Assembly (NCBI GenBank): GCA_963735595.1
Contig: CAVTLK010000005.1
Span: 512,001-576,000, forward strand
DNA length: 64,000 nt
Source of the DNA: an uncultured delta proteobacterium
GTDB taxonomy: Bacteria; Desulfobacterota; Zymogenia; Zymogenales; Zymogenaceae
Direction of reading: 5' to 3'
Made by a program: the position numbers and the translations under genes. The notes beneath the pieces were generated by a model. That model saw nothing but the letters and a program-made list of their open reading frames with translations, ran no database searches and was not told where the DNA came from. Below, in pieces: positions 61,910-64,000 of this stretch. Within the stretch, counting starts at the first letter, position 1. Each line of letters opens with the position of its first letter.

Positions 61910-62626
61910 TTACGATGCTGCTATTACGTGCGCGCGGAAGACGCTTCCCCGGCCCTTCGGGCACGCCGCCCTGCACGTGCGGCAGGTGTAGAGCGAATAT
62001 CCCTTCTTGGTGGTAATCGAAGATTTCGACCGGCACAACTTCTGGGTGACGCCGGCATCCCCGACCGCGCCCGCCGGGCACGCCGTCACGCAGGCGCGGC
62101 AGTCATCGCACCCCAGCCTGTACGCGGCGACGGCGTCGCCGTCAAGGTCCCGGTCGACCAGCAGGGCGCCCAGCGTGATCCGGTTTCCGAACCGGTCGTT
62201 GGTAAGCAGCGTGTTTGTGCCCATCACGCCCAGCCCCGCCAAGACGGCCGCGTGCTTCAGGGAGAGGATCCCCCGCCCCTCGCGCTTTTCTTCATCCCAG
62301 TACTCGTACGGCTCGCTCGGGACGGGAACCGTTCCGACCCCCTTGTCCTCAAGCAGGATCGCCAGGTCGCGCGTGAGCCTGAACACCTCCGAAAGCGTCG
62401 CCTCGTTGGCCCACGTGTAGGGGACCGGGCCGGGCGCGCGCATCGCCCCCTCGGGCAGCCGCCTGGCAACGACCACCACGGACCGTGCGCCGGCCCAGAT
62501 GTCGGCCGGGGCAAACCCCGGCGGCGCCTGGGAAAACCGGGAGACCGGCGCGACGCCGCAGAGGTCGGCGCCGGCCTTTGCGGCAAGTCTTTTAATGCGG
62601 GACGCAGTTATCATCGGCATGCTCAC
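61910..62626 (-). CDS. Epoxyqueuosine-reductase-like 4Fe-4S protein
   Basis: GADLCGVA, SLKHAAVLAGLG..G.N.L....FG, CDDCRACVTACPAGA and C..CRTCRAACP motifs. Confidence 0.85.
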   Translation of the reverse strand: MSMPMITASRIKRLAAKAGADLCGVAPVSRFSQAPPGFAPADIWAGARSVVVVARRLPEGAMRAPGPVPYTWANEATLSEVFRLTRDLAILLEDKGVGTVPVPSEPYEYWDEEKREGRGILSLKHAAVLAGLGVMGTNTLLTNDRFGNRITLGALLVDRDLDGDAVAAYRLGCDDCRACVTACPAGAVGDAGVTQKLCRSKSSITTKKGYSLYTCRTCRAACPKGRGSVFRAHVIAAS

Positions 62627-62862
62627 TTTCGGTGGGTAACGAAAAAACTGACTATATCATATTTCTGATATGGGTCAAAGGGCGTTCAATGATTATGACC
62701 AAACTTTAGCGGCCGCGTTCCCCCTTGTCGCCCGCAGATCGGCACACGGAGCCGTCGTCGCGACGCTCGGCGTGTATTTTTTCCTTTTCATGTGGGCGGC
62801 AATATGTTCAAATGGGGCATCCTGCCGTTACGCCATATTAATCTGTTGAGGGGCATATTTCT

Positions 62863-64000
62863 ATGGTTCAATCCTACGACGTCATCGTTATCGGATCGGG
62901 TTTTGCCGGCCCCGTCGCCGCTATGAAGTGCGCGGAAAACGGACTGAAGACCCTCATGATCGAGCGGTCGGAGAAGGTCGGAGAAAAGGTCATCTCGGGC
63001 CTCACGATTCCCATTTACGGGTTCCTGTTCGGGCCAAAGTTCATCCGGGACGGAAACCCGCCGATCGAACGGCCCGTGGACGGCATCATCAACTATATCG
63101 TCAAAGATATCGACACCGGAGATATAGAGGTCGACGATACCCTCATGATCCCGAAACCCCTCTCACCGATCGTGGCGTTCGGCTACAACGCGTACTGCAT
63201 GCCGTTTTGCGAGTGGGAGGCCAGGAAAGCGGTGGAGGCGGGCGCGGAGCTTCTCACCTCGACCACGGTCACCGACCTGATCGTGGAGGGCGGGATAGTT
63301 GCCGGCGTGGTCATCGAAGGCGGCCGGCGCATCCGGTCGAAGATCATCATAGACGCCGAGGGGTCGCAGGGGCTCGTGGCCGTGCGCGCCGGCGTCCGAA
63401 AAAAGTACCCGCCTGAAACGATCTCGCTTGCCGATACGTACGACTACGAGATGCCCAAGGACGCGGTCGACAGGCTCATGGGCTATTCCATCCGCTTTTC
63501 GTGGGGATGGGACGAGCAGCGGATCGCCCCGCCGCTCGGCCACGGAAACGGGCTCATGGTGTGGCCCTACCGGGAGAGCCTCCATTTCATGCAGGACCAG
63601 TGCCTGAGGCTCGACGAGGGGCGGGTGGTGAATCTCAAGAAGGCCTTCGACGAGTACCACGCCAATGTCACTTCAAAGCTCCCCTGGTGGGCCGACGATA
63701 TCGCCCCCCACATAACGCTGAGGGCCCGGATGTGGGAGGGGTTCGAGATATTCGTTGGCCTTGACGACAAGCTTGCCGCCATGCCGAACCACACCGACGG
63801 GATGATCCTGATCGGGGACGCGGCGGGCCTGGAGAGCACGGAGCTGTGCGACGGGGTGCCGGCGGCCTGGTTTTCCGCAGAAATCGCCGCCGACGTGGCG
63901 ATAAAGGCGGTCAAGAGGGGCGACGTGTCGGCCCGGTTCCTTTCCCGATACGACAGGAAGATACGAAGACACCCGATCATCCAATGGTCCATCAGGGCGA
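62863..64000 (+). CDS. FAD-dependent oxidoreductase (FixC/geranylgeranyl-reductase-like), runs off the window
   Basis: Hand translation MVQSYDVIVIGSGFAGPVAA..., IIDAEG and LIGDAAG; no stop noticed before 64000. Confidence 0.88.
   Translation, partial: MVQSYDVIVIGSGFAGPVAAMKCAENGLKTLMIERSEKVGEKVISGLTIPIYGFLFGPKFIRDGNPPIERPVDGIINYIVKDIDTGDIEVDDTLMIPKPLSPIVAFGYNAYCMPFCEWEARKAVEAGAELLTSTTVTDLIVEGGIVAGVVIEGGRRIRSKIIIDAEGSQGLVAVRAGVRKKYPPETISLADTYDYEMPKDAVDRLMGYSIRFSWGWDEQRIAPPLGHGNGLMVWPYRESLHFMQDQCLRLDEGRVVNLKKAFDEYHANVTSKLPWWADDIAPHITLRARMWEGFEIFVGLDDKLAAMPNHTDGMILIGDAAGLESTELCDGVPAAWFSAEIAADVAIKAVKRGDVSARFLSRYDRKIRRHPIIQWSIRA

Noticed and set aside
61910..62626. Reductive dehalogenase
   Set aside because: Too short, with no Tat leader or membrane-anchor gene; only the shared QueG-like Fe-S core is present.

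Overview
A GC-rich window that looks like an anaerobic, deltaproteobacterium-like genome (inference from gene content). It holds no rRNA, tRNA, CRISPR array, integrase or transposase that I could recognise. Metabolic content: a B12 acyl-CoA mutase cluster with an isobutyryl-CoA mutase signature, a Cys-less thiolase-like/DUF35 pair, an acyl-CoA dehydrogenase, MeaB, CobO and a thiolase; ilvB with two ilvN; a GH116; two aldehyde:ferredoxin oxidoreductases (AOR); an oxidoreductase beta/gamma pair without alpha; glgP; hisS. Also present: an AT-rich Panacea-MazF-HEPN island, a zeta-like toxin-antitoxin pair and two hybrid kinases. Main observations: (1) a selenoprotein the ORF track truncates (CGU motif plus SECIS hairpin) fused to a tetraheme c domain; (2) an orphan Tat-leader peptide with a Tyr/Asn/Asp repeat core, possibly a RiPP precursor; (3) two clear and one weak accessory cassette, each followed by a stranded copy of the upstream gene's 3' end; (4) a Moco/tungsten-cofactor-like riboswitch with terminator ahead of an AOR; (5) several REP/MITE-like palindromes. 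Five genes have single-base frameshifts in short homopolymers, most likely sequencing errors. All family calls come from motifs read by eye, not database searches.
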